A stretch of DNA of 64,000 nt, from NCBI GenBank assembly GCA_044341405.1, contig JBIIRT010000002.1, forward strand, positions 1,324 through 65,323. The letters are read 5' to 3'. Below are positions 8,196 through 18,236 of the stretch, one piece after another. Below the pieces are notes generated by a model that saw only the letters and a list, made by a program, of their open reading frames with translations, made no database searches and had not been told where the DNA came from. The translations under genes and the position numbers were made by a program. Every line of letters starts with the position of its first letter. The stretch's first letter is position 1. The stretch is from Daejeonella sp. GTDB taxonomy: Bacteria; Bacteroidota; Bacteroidia; Sphingobacteriales; Sphingobacteriaceae.

Positions 8196-9962
8196 TTATT
8201 TGCTTTTAATCAGGCTTAGTTTAATTTCCCGCAAGTCCAACATCCCAGCATCAACAGTAGGCTTGTTTGATCTGAAAACGATTTTCTGCCGGCCAGTCTT
8301 TAGTTTGATTGTGCCTATATTTTTTGATTTGAAAGATTCCCAGGAACCGCTACGGTCAATAGTTCCGATCAGTTTCTGTTTGCCAGCTTCCAGCAGAAAT
8401 TCATTGCCTGCTGTTTCATCAGAAACTGACCAAACTAATTCTGCGCTGTATTCACCATCAAGATCCACATCAACCTCCCATTCAACCCGGTCTAGATTCG
8501 TAAACCATCCAAAAGCCCACCATTCAGGCATATACTTAATTTTAGGCCCAATACCTTTGCCATTACGGGCAGACAATCTGAGAATAGTTCCATCAGGTTC
8601 TGATTGAATGGTGGTAGGTTTATTGAGGGTTTGTGGCTGGTATGTTGGAGCACTCTTCATTTCTCCCTCCAGGTATCCAATGACAGCTTCTTTTAAATGT
8701 TTCTCTACAACAGGAGTGTAGGGAGACACGGTTTCAATTTCATATCCGCCATGCTTCCATTCTTTTTCTGTGGGCAGATATCCGAGCCATCCATTTGTAT
8801 AACCAAAGAAAAATGTAAAGGGAAAGGGTGAACGATCGCGTATTTCATTTGATATCTCACAAAATAGTTCTACTGGTAAACTCCATATGGCCACATCTTC
8901 ATTGATCTTGAGGAATCTTGCAGGCAGTAGCACCCGGTGGTCACCATTCGCTGAGGTCTGGGTATATCTCGACAAATCCTTGGGCCAGTTTAAATTGGGC
9001 TTTCTCGGGGTTTCTATGATCAGTGATCCTGTAAATAGCTTAACATCAGAACGTACTGATACAATTTCTTTATTAGCAGACAGAATTTTGTCACCCAACA
9101 AAACTTTAAACTGACTCAAATGTCCAGCTTTTGGATTTGGATATACACTGTAAATAGGTGCCAGATTACCCGCAGCGCCATTAATGAAGAGGAGAGGGAC
9201 ACCTAATTTTTGTTCAACATATTCGGAAACTATTCCAGGAGCATCACCACTGATCTCGGTTTGAGCAGGGCCAAGCACTGTTCCATGGATTGCATAATTA
9301 GCGATAAGGGCAAGCGGACTCCCATCTTCTTTATCCAGGCGAATTAAACCAATTTTACGATCAACAGCGCCTTCCGGATTTAATCCAAGGGAAGCTTTTC
9401 CATCTACATCTATCGCCCGGCGGTTGATATTTGCCTGAGAAAAACCCCAGCCAACACCAAGTTTTGCTTTAACTAGTTTGCTTCGGGCTTCTATAATTCC
9501 TTTTATCAGAGATTGTTCTACCATTGAGGTATATGCGGTATCTACATCATGTTTATAACGATCGCCCATGAAAACTTCTGGAAGGCCTGGAACACCAACT
9601 TCCGGTGCAGAGTGCGTGTGGGTTAAGGTCCACCAAAAATTCTCTGGGTCAATTCCAAGTTCCTTCTCCAGAATAGCCGCAACATGATCATATTCTGAAG
9701 GTGACATCACGCAAATGTCTGTAGAAACCAAAAAGAATTGCTTCACTCCATCGTCCATTGCCACAATACGATGGTATATACGGTCATGGATACCGGTAGA
9801 TTGCCTCGCTGCATATCCCAGCAACATTTTCGGTTTATCTGGAGTGATGTCAACTTTGACTACTGATGCCTTGAATACTTTATCAGACTGTTGAGCCAAA
9901 GCAGTTTTGGCAATAATTATAACTAGTCCAAATAGCAGAAATTTTAATCTTTTGATTTTCAT
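8196..9962 (-). CDS. Neutral/alkaline ceramidase-like hydrolase with a C-terminal CBM-like beta-sandwich, exported
   Basis: HDRIYHR, THTHSAP, NYAIHGT, GAAGN, GYLPTE..W..GGYE; C-terminal WFTNLDRVEWEV...GSWESFK segment is CBM6/35-like. Confidence 0.75.
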   Translation of the reverse strand: MKIKRLKFLLFGLVIIIAKTALAQQSDKVFKASVVKVDITPDKPKMLLGYAARQSTGIHDRIYHRIVAMDDGVKQFFLVSTDICVMSPSEYDHVAAILEKELGIDPENFWWTLTHTHSAPEVGVPGLPEVFMGDRYKHDVDTAYTSMVEQSLIKGIIEARSKLVKAKLGVGWGFSQANINRRAIDVDGKASLGLNPEGAVDRKIGLIRLDKEDGSPLALIANYAIHGTVLGPAQTEISGDAPGIVSEYVEQKLGVPLLFINGAAGNLAPIYSVYPNPKAGHLSQFKVLLGDKILSANKEIVSVRSDVKLFTGSLIIETPRKPNLNWPKDLSRYTQTSANGDHRVLLPARFLKINEDVAIWSLPVELFCEISNEIRDRSPFPFTFFFGYTNGWLGYLPTEKEWKHGGYEIETVSPYTPVVEKHLKEAVIGYLEGEMKSAPTYQPQTLNKPTTIQSEPDGTILRLSARNGKGIGPKIKYMPEWWAFGWFTNLDRVEWEVDVDLDGEYSAELVWSVSDETAGNEFLLEAGKQKLIGTIDRSGSWESFKSKNIGTIKLKTGRQKIVFRSNKPTVDAGMLDLREIKLSLIKSK

Positions 9963-9996
9963 GCTTTTATATTTTTGTTGAGATATAGTTCATCAT

Positions 9997-12900
9997 TTAA
10001 AATTTGCGTAAAAATGCCAGAAGATCCGCCATTTCCTGTTTGTTGATCTTTTTTTCCAGTCCAGAAGGCATTGCTGAGATCTCCATACTTTTTATCTCCT
10101 TAATGTCCTGACGATTAATGGTTTTTTCAAGTTTTCCATTGTTTTTGAGTGTTATCGCGACATCTGATTCACTTGAGATAATTCCCTGATGTGATTCGCC
10201 ATTTTTTAATTCGACATTCCATAAATCATAACCACTTGAAATTGAAATATTTGGATCAAGAATATTAGCCATAATGATTTCAGCTGTCCAGTTGTGAATT
10301 GTGCCAAGATCAGGACCGAGTTCAACACCCATTTTCCCCCTTACTTGGTGACAAATTGCACAGTTTTGTAAATAGACATTCTGACCTTTTGTAGCATCTC
10401 CTTTTAATACAAGCGCTTCCTGATAAGCTTTATTCACCTTTTTTCCGTCTTCTTCATTTTTTGTAAATAGGGTTCTGGCTTTGTTACGTAACAGGTCATC
10501 TTTATTTTGCATCAGCTGAACGCTTCTGCCAAAACTTACACTACTTGCCTGAACCTGGTTTTTTTCAATTGCATTTAGGAGCAGCTTGATCCGGTCATTA
10601 TTACCTAAAAATGTTCCAATAGCGGCATCTCTTATTTCTGGAGTTAGGACTGCCCATTTCTGCAGAACATATTCACTAATTTCTATTCCGGGCACTTTAC
10701 TAAATGTTTTTAGCGCGGCAAGTTGAACAATGGTTTGTTCCTGTGGTACGATTAATCCTTTTAATAAATTACTAAAAGGGCCAGGTTCAGTCAATGCCAG
10801 GAAATTTATAGCTTCAATTCTTTTATTATCCGGAAGACTGCGGTCTGCAATTACTACTAAGGTTTTATTTATGGCAGTTTTGATTTCCGGTCCATTATTT
10901 AATCCGATTACTCTTAACATATCAAGAGACCCTTTTCGAACCTCTACAGACTGATGATTGAAAAAGGTATTGATCAGTAAGTTTTGATCTTCTTTATATG
11001 AATTGATTGATTCCGGAGATTTAGATTTTTGAGATTCCAGTCCAATTGCAAGTCCTTCAAGCATAGCCCCTTTCCATTGATTATTTTGGATTGATTCATT
11101 CCGGACTGAATTTTTAATGAGCTTTTTTATTGTGCTCTGGTCACCTCCATTAGCAATCATTGTTGCCAGTCTTTGAACTAATAATGAATATGCAGGGATA
11201 TCTGCCTTGTAATTCTTGAGCACTTCATTTAAAATTGATTCTGTTTGGGATGATGGGGCACTTAAAGCAGCAATTTGGATCCATTTATCATCGATATCCT
11301 GAAATAGTAGTTTATTTCTTACCGTTGCTGATTCACTTGAATTATCATAGCCTAAGCTTAGTAGCAATTGCATCCTGACTTTTGGATCTTTATCATTTTG
11401 AACTGACCTAAGCGTTTTAAATAGTTGTGGAAATTCCTGGAAATGAAGTTCAGCAAGTTTGATAGCATTAACCCGGATTCCTGATTCTGAATCTTTTAAG
11501 GCTTTTTCTATCATTTCGGGACTTAATTCACCCATACCTTCAAGGGTCCACAATGCATGTAGTCTGCCCATCGGAGATTCTGAGTTATTAGCCATTTTTA
11601 GAAGTGAAGGAATAATATTTCTGTCTTTTCGGTCAACCAAAAGCCGCTGTGAGTTAGTTCTCCACCATCGGTTGTTATTTGAAAGATGCGCTACTAATTT
11701 TTCACTGCTTTCATCTCCCAATGTAAGTCCTTTGGTCCATTCAGCTTTTTTATCTCCGCTTGCCGTAATCCGGTAGATCCGTCCCATGTCAGAGCCATCA
11801 TATAATCCTCCTTCTTTTACCGCCTTTTCTGACATCCATTCCGGTGACTCAATCACTCTGCGGTAATAATCCAGCATGTAAAGTGCACCATCAGGACCAA
11901 CATAAAAATTAACCGGGCGCGACCATGCATCAGTTGAAGTGAGAAATTCTTTATTACTTAAGATAGCACTTGCCTCGAAGCTTGAGCCTTTATCTTTTAG
12001 GATGTCTGCATGTACCAGGTTACTGACAGGTTCTGCCATAAAGCTGATATTCTTATCAAATGGAGCAGGAAATGCACCTCCATCGTAAACTGTTATTCCG
12101 CAGCCAGATGTCATAACCCCTACATCAGTAAGTAGTTGCCTGTCGGGATGTGTTGTTGTTGGAAAGACCTCCGGTGCGTTCAGGTGGTCTGACATATGTT
12201 GGATGGAATTAGAAATTACCAGGTTCTTGTTCCGCTGGAAATAGCGATTTGCTATAACTTCATGATACCCCTGGTTGGAATTGTTACATCCGAACCAGTT
12301 GCCCCATTGATCAAATGCATGACCGAATTGGGTTTGATAGGATAGTGTTTCAATCCATTTTTTATCCGGCATAAACCTAATGGATAAACCGTTGGCATTT
12401 TTTGGTAATTTCTGTGCCTCAGGTGATCCCGGGAAAACAATTTCAGAACCTTCATCACCAAATTCTTCTTTGTATTCACGGGTTGAAGTTGCACCCTGAT
12501 GCCCGATATAAATCCAGTTGTCTAGTCCGTACATTGGATTGTTAGTATTATGCTGTGGATTTGATAGTGCAAATCCACTCAGTACAGTGTCTCGGATATC
12601 TGCTTTACCATCCTGATCTGAGTCCTCAAAATAGAGTAAATTGGGAGCATCTGTTACCAAAATGCCTTTTTTCCATTTCATTACGCCCGCCGGAAGAATT
12701 AAATTATCTGCAAAGACAATTCGTTCATCCATTTTTCCATCTTCATTTTTATCCTTCAGTAGAATAATTTTTCCACTACCGCTTTTATCTAAGGGATAGC
12801 CATGCATTTCAACCACATACATATTGCCGTATTCATCAATTTCCATGTCTACTGGATCTGAGATTAGAGGTTCAGCAGCAATTAATTCGATTTTAAAGCC

Positions 12901-13038
12901 TGGAGGGACTTGAAATGTTGATAAAGCATGTTCTGAATCAATTGCAGATGTGCCCGATTTCTCTTTACAACTAATAACCAATATGCTTAACAAAAGCATC
13001 AGAGCTATTTTTAAAAAAATATTGAAGTAAATCCGCAT
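9997..13038 (-). CDS. PVC-type heme-binding CxxCH protein (putative membrane-bound sugar dehydrogenase: beta-propeller + HEAT + cytochrome c), lipoprotein
   Basis: F.VPPGFKIELIAAEP, RPVNFYVGPDGALY, HEAT-like repeats, CAICH heme motif, GPDLG, SAMPSGLE; lipobox VISC. Confidence 0.88.
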   Translation of the reverse strand: MRIYFNIFLKIALMLLLSILVISCKEKSGTSAIDSEHALSTFQVPPGFKIELIAAEPLISDPVDMEIDEYGNMYVVEMHGYPLDKSGSGKIILLKDKNEDGKMDERIVFADNLILPAGVMKWKKGILVTDAPNLLYFEDSDQDGKADIRDTVLSGFALSNPQHNTNNPMYGLDNWIYIGHQGATSTREYKEEFGDEGSEIVFPGSPEAQKLPKNANGLSIRFMPDKKWIETLSYQTQFGHAFDQWGNWFGCNNSNQGYHEVIANRYFQRNKNLVISNSIQHMSDHLNAPEVFPTTTHPDRQLLTDVGVMTSGCGITVYDGGAFPAPFDKNISFMAEPVSNLVHADILKDKGSSFEASAILSNKEFLTSTDAWSRPVNFYVGPDGALYMLDYYRRVIESPEWMSEKAVKEGGLYDGSDMGRIYRITASGDKKAEWTKGLTLGDESSEKLVAHLSNNNRWWRTNSQRLLVDRKDRNIIPSLLKMANNSESPMGRLHALWTLEGMGELSPEMIEKALKDSESGIRVNAIKLAELHFQEFPQLFKTLRSVQNDKDPKVRMQLLLSLGYDNSSESATVRNKLLFQDIDDKWIQIAALSAPSSQTESILNEVLKNYKADIPAYSLLVQRLATMIANGGDQSTIKKLIKNSVRNESIQNNQWKGAMLEGLAIGLESQKSKSPESINSYKEDQNLLINTFFNHQSVEVRKGSLDMLRVIGLNNGPEIKTAINKTLVVIADRSLPDNKRIEAINFLALTEPGPFSNLLKGLIVPQEQTIVQLAALKTFSKVPGIEISEYVLQKWAVLTPEIRDAAIGTFLGNNDRIKLLLNAIEKNQVQASSVSFGRSVQLMQNKDDLLRNKARTLFTKNEEDGKKVNKAYQEALVLKGDATKGQNVYLQNCAICHQVRGKMGVELGPDLGTIHNWTAEIIMANILDPNISISSGYDLWNVELKNGESHQGIISSESDVAITLKNNGKLEKTINRQDIKEIKSMEISAMPSGLEKKINKQEMADLLAFLRKF

Positions 13039-13327
13039 AGAAATTTCTTATTTGTAAGGTCGAATTGATCTTGTTTAATTAAATCTAATTATTCTGTTGA
13101 TTTTTTATTGATAATTTATCTGTGTTCTACAGATTTATTTATTTTTTTTCGAGAGTTTACTTATTCTAGTCTTTCAAGCATCGATTTTTTTTTGAAAAAT
13201 AACTTTAGTTTTGGTTAAGATTAATATTAAATCCCATATTAATAGTACCTTCTATTAAAAAACAATTTATCAATTTTGATATAGATTTAATCGAATTCAG
13301 TTTAATTAATTTTAAAGATCCTACTAC

Positions 13328-14344
13328 ATGAAGAAAGCTATTTTTTTATTATTGACTTCCTTTTTTTTCCAGCTTACTGTTTACGGACAAGAATCAGTTC
13401 TTTATGCCAATCGTTTTATTTCAACACTCAGTGACGCTCAAAAGGCCGAGACCATATTCCCATTTGATGTAGAAGAACGATATAATTTTCATTTCGTGCC
13501 GATGAAAAGAAGGGGAATAACCTTCAATGAGATGAATATTGAACAGAATTCATTGGCTTTGGAATTACTAAAGTCTTGCCTTGGGGAAGATTCCTTCAAA
13601 AAAACCAAGGAAATTATGCAATTGGAAGTTGTATTAAAAGAGCTGGAAAAACGGAAACCTGAAGATAATTATCGTGATCCGGGTAATTATCACTTTACCA
13701 TTTTTGGAAATCCCTCGTCAAATAGCATCTGGGGTTGGCGGTTTGAAGGACATCATATTTCGTTTAATTTCTCTTTTAATAAAAAAACACTTGTTTCTGG
13801 CACTCCGGGTTTCATGGGTAGTAATCCGGCTATTGTCCTTAACGGACCAATGGCAGGTAAACAAGTATTGAAAGATGAATCTGATAAAGGATTTTCTTTA
13901 ATTCAATCATTAAATGAAACCCAATTAAAAAAAGCCATTATTGACACTGTAGCATTTAAAGATATTTTAACTTTTGATAAGCGTAAGGCTCTTTTGGGTA
14001 AACCTGAGGGTTTAAAGTATTCTGAATTATCTAAAGTACAACAGTCATTAATGCTTCAATTAATCAGGGTTTATTTACACAGATACAGACATGATTTCGC
14101 CGAAAAAATGATGAAGGATATCCAAAAGGAAGGTTTAGATAATATCTGGTTTGCATGGGCGGGATATACGAAACCTGAGATTGGTAAAGGCTCATATTAC
14201 AGGGTTCAGGGCCCTACACTTGTTATTGAGTATGATAATACTCAAAATAATGCCAATCATGTGCATTCAGTTGTTAGGGATTTAAAAAATGATTTTGGAG
14301 GAGATCTATTATTGGATCATTATCAAAAGGGACATTCACATTGA
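13328..14344 (+). CDS. DUF3500 domain protein, exported
   Basis: WGWRFEGHHISFN, YYRVQGPTLVIEYDNTQNNANHVHSVVRD..NDFG. Confidence 0.85.
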   Translation: MKKAIFLLLTSFFFQLTVYGQESVLYANRFISTLSDAQKAETIFPFDVEERYNFHFVPMKRRGITFNEMNIEQNSLALELLKSCLGEDSFKKTKEIMQLEVVLKELEKRKPEDNYRDPGNYHFTIFGNPSSNSIWGWRFEGHHISFNFSFNKKTLVSGTPGFMGSNPAIVLNGPMAGKQVLKDESDKGFSLIQSLNETQLKKAIIDTVAFKDILTFDKRKALLGKPEGLKYSELSKVQQSLMLQLIRVYLHRYRHDFAEKMMKDIQKEGLDNIWFAWAGYTKPEIGKGSYYRVQGPTLVIEYDNTQNNANHVHSVVRDLKNDFGGDLLLDHYQKGHSH

Positions 14345-14358
14345 ACCAATGGTTCAGG

Positions 14359-14399
14359 AAAAAAAAGCCCCATCACAATTTCTTGTTTGGGGCTTTTTT
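14359..14399. terminator. Bidirectional intrinsic terminator
   Basis: AAAAAAGCCCCA...TGGGGCTTTTTT between convergent genes. Confidence 0.8.
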
Positions 14400-14436
14400 A
14401 TGAATGAATAATTTATTCTGTCAGAATAAATCAGGA

Positions 14437-14772
14437 TTATATTTCAAAAGAAAAATCATCGTTTTCTTTTGAAGGTTCAGAATTATTCTCTGAATATTCG
14501 TATCGTTTTTCAACAACTTCCTGATGAGCTTTGATGTAATCAATGGTTTCCTTCAGACCTTCAGCAAACTTTTCAAAGTCCTCTTTGTAAAGAAATATTT
14601 TATGCTTTATAAAAACACCGTCTTCTAAACGCTTTTTACTTTCAGTCACTGTGACATAGTAATCATTTGAACGCGTAGCTTTAACATCGAAAAAGTAGGT
14701 GCGCTTCCCAGCTCGTACCTTCTTCGAAAAAACCTCTTCTCTTTCTTTGTTGTCGAAATCTCCCATAATCAT
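14437..14772 (-). CDS. DUF3276 / PUR-alpha-like nucleic-acid-binding protein
   Basis: FSKKVRAGKRTYFFDV, YYVTVTES, KHKIFLYKEDFEKF. Confidence 0.88.
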   Translation of the reverse strand: MIMGDFDNKEREEVFSKKVRAGKRTYFFDVKATRSNDYYVTVTESKKRLEDGVFIKHKIFLYKEDFEKFAEGLKETIDYIKAHQEVVEKRYEYSENNSEPSKENDDFSFEI

Positions 14773-14963
14773 ATTTAATTTGTTAGCGGTAAATATAATA
14801 GATATTAGTAAAGTAACAAATTGATTTTTTTTTGAATAAAATCAGGTAATAATTGAAAATTGATAATTGAGCGTTGAGAATTAAATAGAGAGTTGACACC
14901 TAATCACTATTGGGTGGATAAAATGCGAAAGAAACCCCATTCTCCATTCTCCACTTCCTATTG

Positions 14964-16754
14964 TTATTCTCCGGTCGTTTGTTCCTCCAATAGTTGCTTT
15001 TCAAATAAATCAAAATAAACCCCTTTAAGCGCCATGAGATTGGTGTGAGTACCCTGTTCTACGATTTCGCCATTGTCCATCACCAGAATTCTGTCTGCAT
15101 TTTTAATTGTAGAAACTCTGTGAGCAATTAGAATACTGGTTTTATTCTTCATTAAATTGCTCAAATTGCTTAAAATTTCTTCTTCAGTCTTGGTATCTAC
15201 TGCAGAAAGACAATCATCAAAAATAAGAATTTGTGGTTCTTTAATAATTGCTCTGGCTATAGAAAGCCTTTGTTTTTGTCCACCTGACAAGGTAATTCCC
15301 CGTTCTCCAATCAGTGTTTGGAAGCCTTTGTCAAATTCCATAATATTTTCATAAACAGCTGCATTTTTTGCAGCCATTTCAACTTTTCCAGGTTCTGCTT
15401 CCGTCATTCCAAAAGCAATATTATTATAAATTGTTTCAGAAAAGAGGAAAACTTCCTGTGGCACAAAGCCTATTTGCTGTCTGAAGTGTTGAATGTCAAG
15501 CCGACCAATTGGTTTTCCATCAAGTAAAATTTGACCGTTATCTGCATCATACATTCTCATCAACAGATTTGCAATGGTTGATTTTCCTGAACCTGTTCTG
15601 CCAATAATAGCGAGGAATTCACCATTTTTAGCTTCGAACGAAATGTTTTTTATTGCTTGAATTCCGGTATCAGGGTATTTGAAGCTCACATTTTTGAACG
15701 TTACGTTTCCTTGCAGTTCAGTCTTTTCTCCTAATACAGAATTAATCTCAGGATTGGTATTTAAAAATTCATTGATTCTTTTTTGTGATGCTGCAGCGCG
15801 CTGTATCAGAGATGTAACCCATCCTAATGACATAACAGGAAATGTGAGCTGGTTAACGTATACTATAAATTCAGCGATATTTCCTGAACTAATATTTCCA
15901 TTTATAACTTCAACTCCACCGATATAAACAGTGATTATTGTACTAAGTCCGACGAGTAAAAGCATCATTGGATAAAAAAGAGCCTGGATCTGTACCAGTG
16001 ACATGGAATGTGATTTGTAGTTTTCACTTTCAATATTAAACTTTCTCCGGATGTCATCTTCACGCACATAAGCTTTAATTACGCGAATACCAGAAAAGGT
16101 TTCCTGAACAAAACTTGACAATGAAGATAGCTGTTCTTGTATTTTTTCACTTCTGTGATTAATCATGGAGTGAACATAATAAATTGTGATTGCCAGAATG
16201 GGAAGCGGCAATAATGAAAAAACTGTAAGTCTTGTATTTACATTGAACATCGAAATGATGACCAAAATGAATAGAACTATTGTATTTATTGTATACATTA
16301 TTCCCGGTCCAAGGTACATTCTTACTCTGCTTACATCCTCAGTAACCCTGTTCATCAGGTCACCCGTATTATTTCGGCGATAAAATGCCATTGAAAGTTT
16401 CTGATAATGTAAATAGATCTCATTTTTCAAATCATATTCTATATGTCTTGACATCAGAATGATGGTTTGTCGCATAAAAAATAAAAATAAACCTCTGATT
16501 AAGGCCAGGATCAGGACAATTACTCCGAAAAACAATAAACTCTGGCCAAAGATTTTAGATATCAATTCTTGTCGATTGAATCCGTTGAAAAGTCTGAATA
16601 AAGCTATGTTTTCATTTACAAGATCAAATGCTATGCGTATTACCTGAGCAGGTAGTACAGCGAAAAGATTTGAAATGATGACGAAAAGAACACCAGGCAG
16701 CAAACGCCAGCGATATTTGTAGAAAAATTTATTAAGATAAGCCAGTTCTTTCAT
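14964..16754 (-). CDS. ABC transporter ATP-binding/permease (MsbA/multidrug type)
   Basis: TM domain, GRTGSGKST, LSGGQKQR, IFDD, IAHR; start MKELAYL at 16754 preferred over 16814. Confidence 0.92.
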   Translation of the reverse strand: MKELAYLNKFFYKYRWRLLPGVLFVIISNLFAVLPAQVIRIAFDLVNENIALFRLFNGFNRQELISKIFGQSLLFFGVIVLILALIRGLFLFFMRQTIILMSRHIEYDLKNEIYLHYQKLSMAFYRRNNTGDLMNRVTEDVSRVRMYLGPGIMYTINTIVLFILVIISMFNVNTRLTVFSLLPLPILAITIYYVHSMINHRSEKIQEQLSSLSSFVQETFSGIRVIKAYVREDDIRRKFNIESENYKSHSMSLVQIQALFYPMMLLLVGLSTIITVYIGGVEVINGNISSGNIAEFIVYVNQLTFPVMSLGWVTSLIQRAAASQKRINEFLNTNPEINSVLGEKTELQGNVTFKNVSFKYPDTGIQAIKNISFEAKNGEFLAIIGRTGSGKSTIANLLMRMYDADNGQILLDGKPIGRLDIQHFRQQIGFVPQEVFLFSETIYNNIAFGMTEAEPGKVEMAAKNAAVYENIMEFDKGFQTLIGERGITLSGGQKQRLSIARAIIKEPQILIFDDCLSAVDTKTEEEILSNLSNLMKNKTSILIAHRVSTIKNADRILVMDNGEIVEQGTHTNLMALKGVYFDLFEKQLLEEQTTGE

Positions 16755-16821
16755 CTGATCCTTGAGTTGCAAAAGTAGATAGAATTTAGGGAATTGATAG
16801 CTGAAAATGGACAATAGTTGG

Positions 16822-16952
16822 AACCCTCCACCATATTCTCTACAGATATTTTAGCCCAAGGAACCTAACCAGACTCCTAAATATTGACCTTGGGAGGGCT
16901 CAATCACCTTGGTTGACATTTGATCTAAAAAAAATCTTAGGGTGGAGGAGTT
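16822..16952. other. Nested inverted-repeat structure upstream of the ABC transporter
   Basis: AACCCTCCACC/GGTGGAGGAGTT outer stem, AGAT-ATTTTAG/CTAAAA-ATCT middle stem, CCCAAGG/CCTTGGG inner stem. Confidence 0.45.
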
Positions 16953-16990
16953 GCCTAAATTGATATTCCATTTTCAATAAACCAATAAAT

Positions 16991-17032
16991 TACTCATACC
17001 TCATACCTCATACCTCACACCTCATACCTCAC
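16991..17032. repeat. Heptamer tandem array (ACCTCAT/ACCTCAC, 6 units)
   Basis: Direct reading. Confidence 0.85.
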
Positions 17033-17084
17033 ACCATAAAAACAATTCCAAACCTTTATCAATAATTAAAACAACATTTTTTAC

Positions 17085-17092
17085 TATTTTTG
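17085..17092 (+). promoter_or_regulatory. Bacteroidota -7 box for the Leu/Phe/Val dehydrogenase-nusB operon
   Basis: TATTTTTG matches TAnnTTTG, about 24 bp before the ATG. Confidence 0.55.
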
Positions 17093-17115
17093 TTGGGTAA
17101 AGCTAGGCATCTCAC

Positions 17116-18204
17116 ATGATTTTATCTCAATTTGAAGAACATTCAGTTTTTAGTCAGCTTGACAACTTTGGTCATCAAAAGTTAGTTTATTGTAGTGATC
17201 CTGGTACAGGATTGAAAGCAATCATTGCTATTCATGATACCACTTTAGGTCCGGCCTTGGGTGGAACCAGAATGTGGCCTTATAAATCAGAAGCAGAAGC
17301 TCTTCATGATGTATTACGTTTATCACGTAGCATGACCTACAAAGCCGCAATAACAGGTTTAAATCTCGGTGGAGGTAAAGGAGTGATAATTGGGGATAGC
17401 CGCTTACATAAATCAGAAGCTCTGATGCGCAGATATGGCCGTTTTATTGAGAATTTGAACGGATCATTTATTACTGCAGAAGAAGTTGGAACTACTCCAA
17501 GGGATATGGAATACATACGAATGGAGACAAAGTATGTTACCGGTGTGCCTGAATCAATTGGAGGTAGCGGTGATCCTTCTCCAGTAACAGCCAGAGGTGT
17601 TTTCATGGGTATCAAGGCATGTTTGAAGGAGTGCTTTGGCAATGATAGCATTGCTGGAAAATCAGTTGCTGTTCAGGGTATTGGTCATGTTGGTGAGAAT
17701 CTCGTCTCTTTACTTAGGACCGAAAATGCAAAAGTTTATATTAGCGATATTAATGAGGAGCGTTTGGGTCAAATTGCACAAAAATATGGTGCAATCGCAG
17801 TTGCCAATAATAATCTATTTGATCTTGATATTGATATTTATTCACCATGTGCATTGGGAGCTACAGTGAATACAGAAACAATAAATCGTCTAAAATGTTC
17901 TATAATTGCCGGTTCAGCGAATAATCAGCTTGCAGATGAAGTAGTTCATGGTAATATGTTGCTCGAGAAGGGGATTATGTACGCTCCGGATTACCTGATT
18001 AATGCTGGTGGGTTAATCAACTGTTATTCCGAAATTGCTGGATTCAACAAAAAGAAAACATTTCAAATGGCAGAGAATATTTACGAAGCCACCAGAAGAG
18101 TATTACAAAAATCAAAACATGATAATATTCCTTCTAATGAAGCAGCAAATAAAATTGCTGAAAAGAGGATTGAGGATATCAGAAAAATTAAAGCTTCCTA
18201 TTAA
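17116..18204 (+). CDS. Glu/Leu/Phe/Val dehydrogenase (leucine dehydrogenase-like)
   Basis: GPALGGTR, MTYKAA, GGGKGV, QGIGHVG, GSANNQL, YAPDYLINAGG. Confidence 0.93.
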   Translation: MILSQFEEHSVFSQLDNFGHQKLVYCSDPGTGLKAIIAIHDTTLGPALGGTRMWPYKSEAEALHDVLRLSRSMTYKAAITGLNLGGGKGVIIGDSRLHKSEALMRRYGRFIENLNGSFITAEEVGTTPRDMEYIRMETKYVTGVPESIGGSGDPSPVTARGVFMGIKACLKECFGNDSIAGKSVAVQGIGHVGENLVSLLRTENAKVYISDINEERLGQIAQKYGAIAVANNNLFDLDIDIYSPCALGATVNTETINRLKCSIIAGSANNQLADEVVHGNMLLEKGIMYAPDYLINAGGLINCYSEIAGFNKKKTFQMAENIYEATRRVLQKSKHDNIPSNEAANKIAEKRIEDIRKIKASY

Positions 18205-18236
18205 ATAGGATTAGAAAACAAAAATCGTTCTTATAC

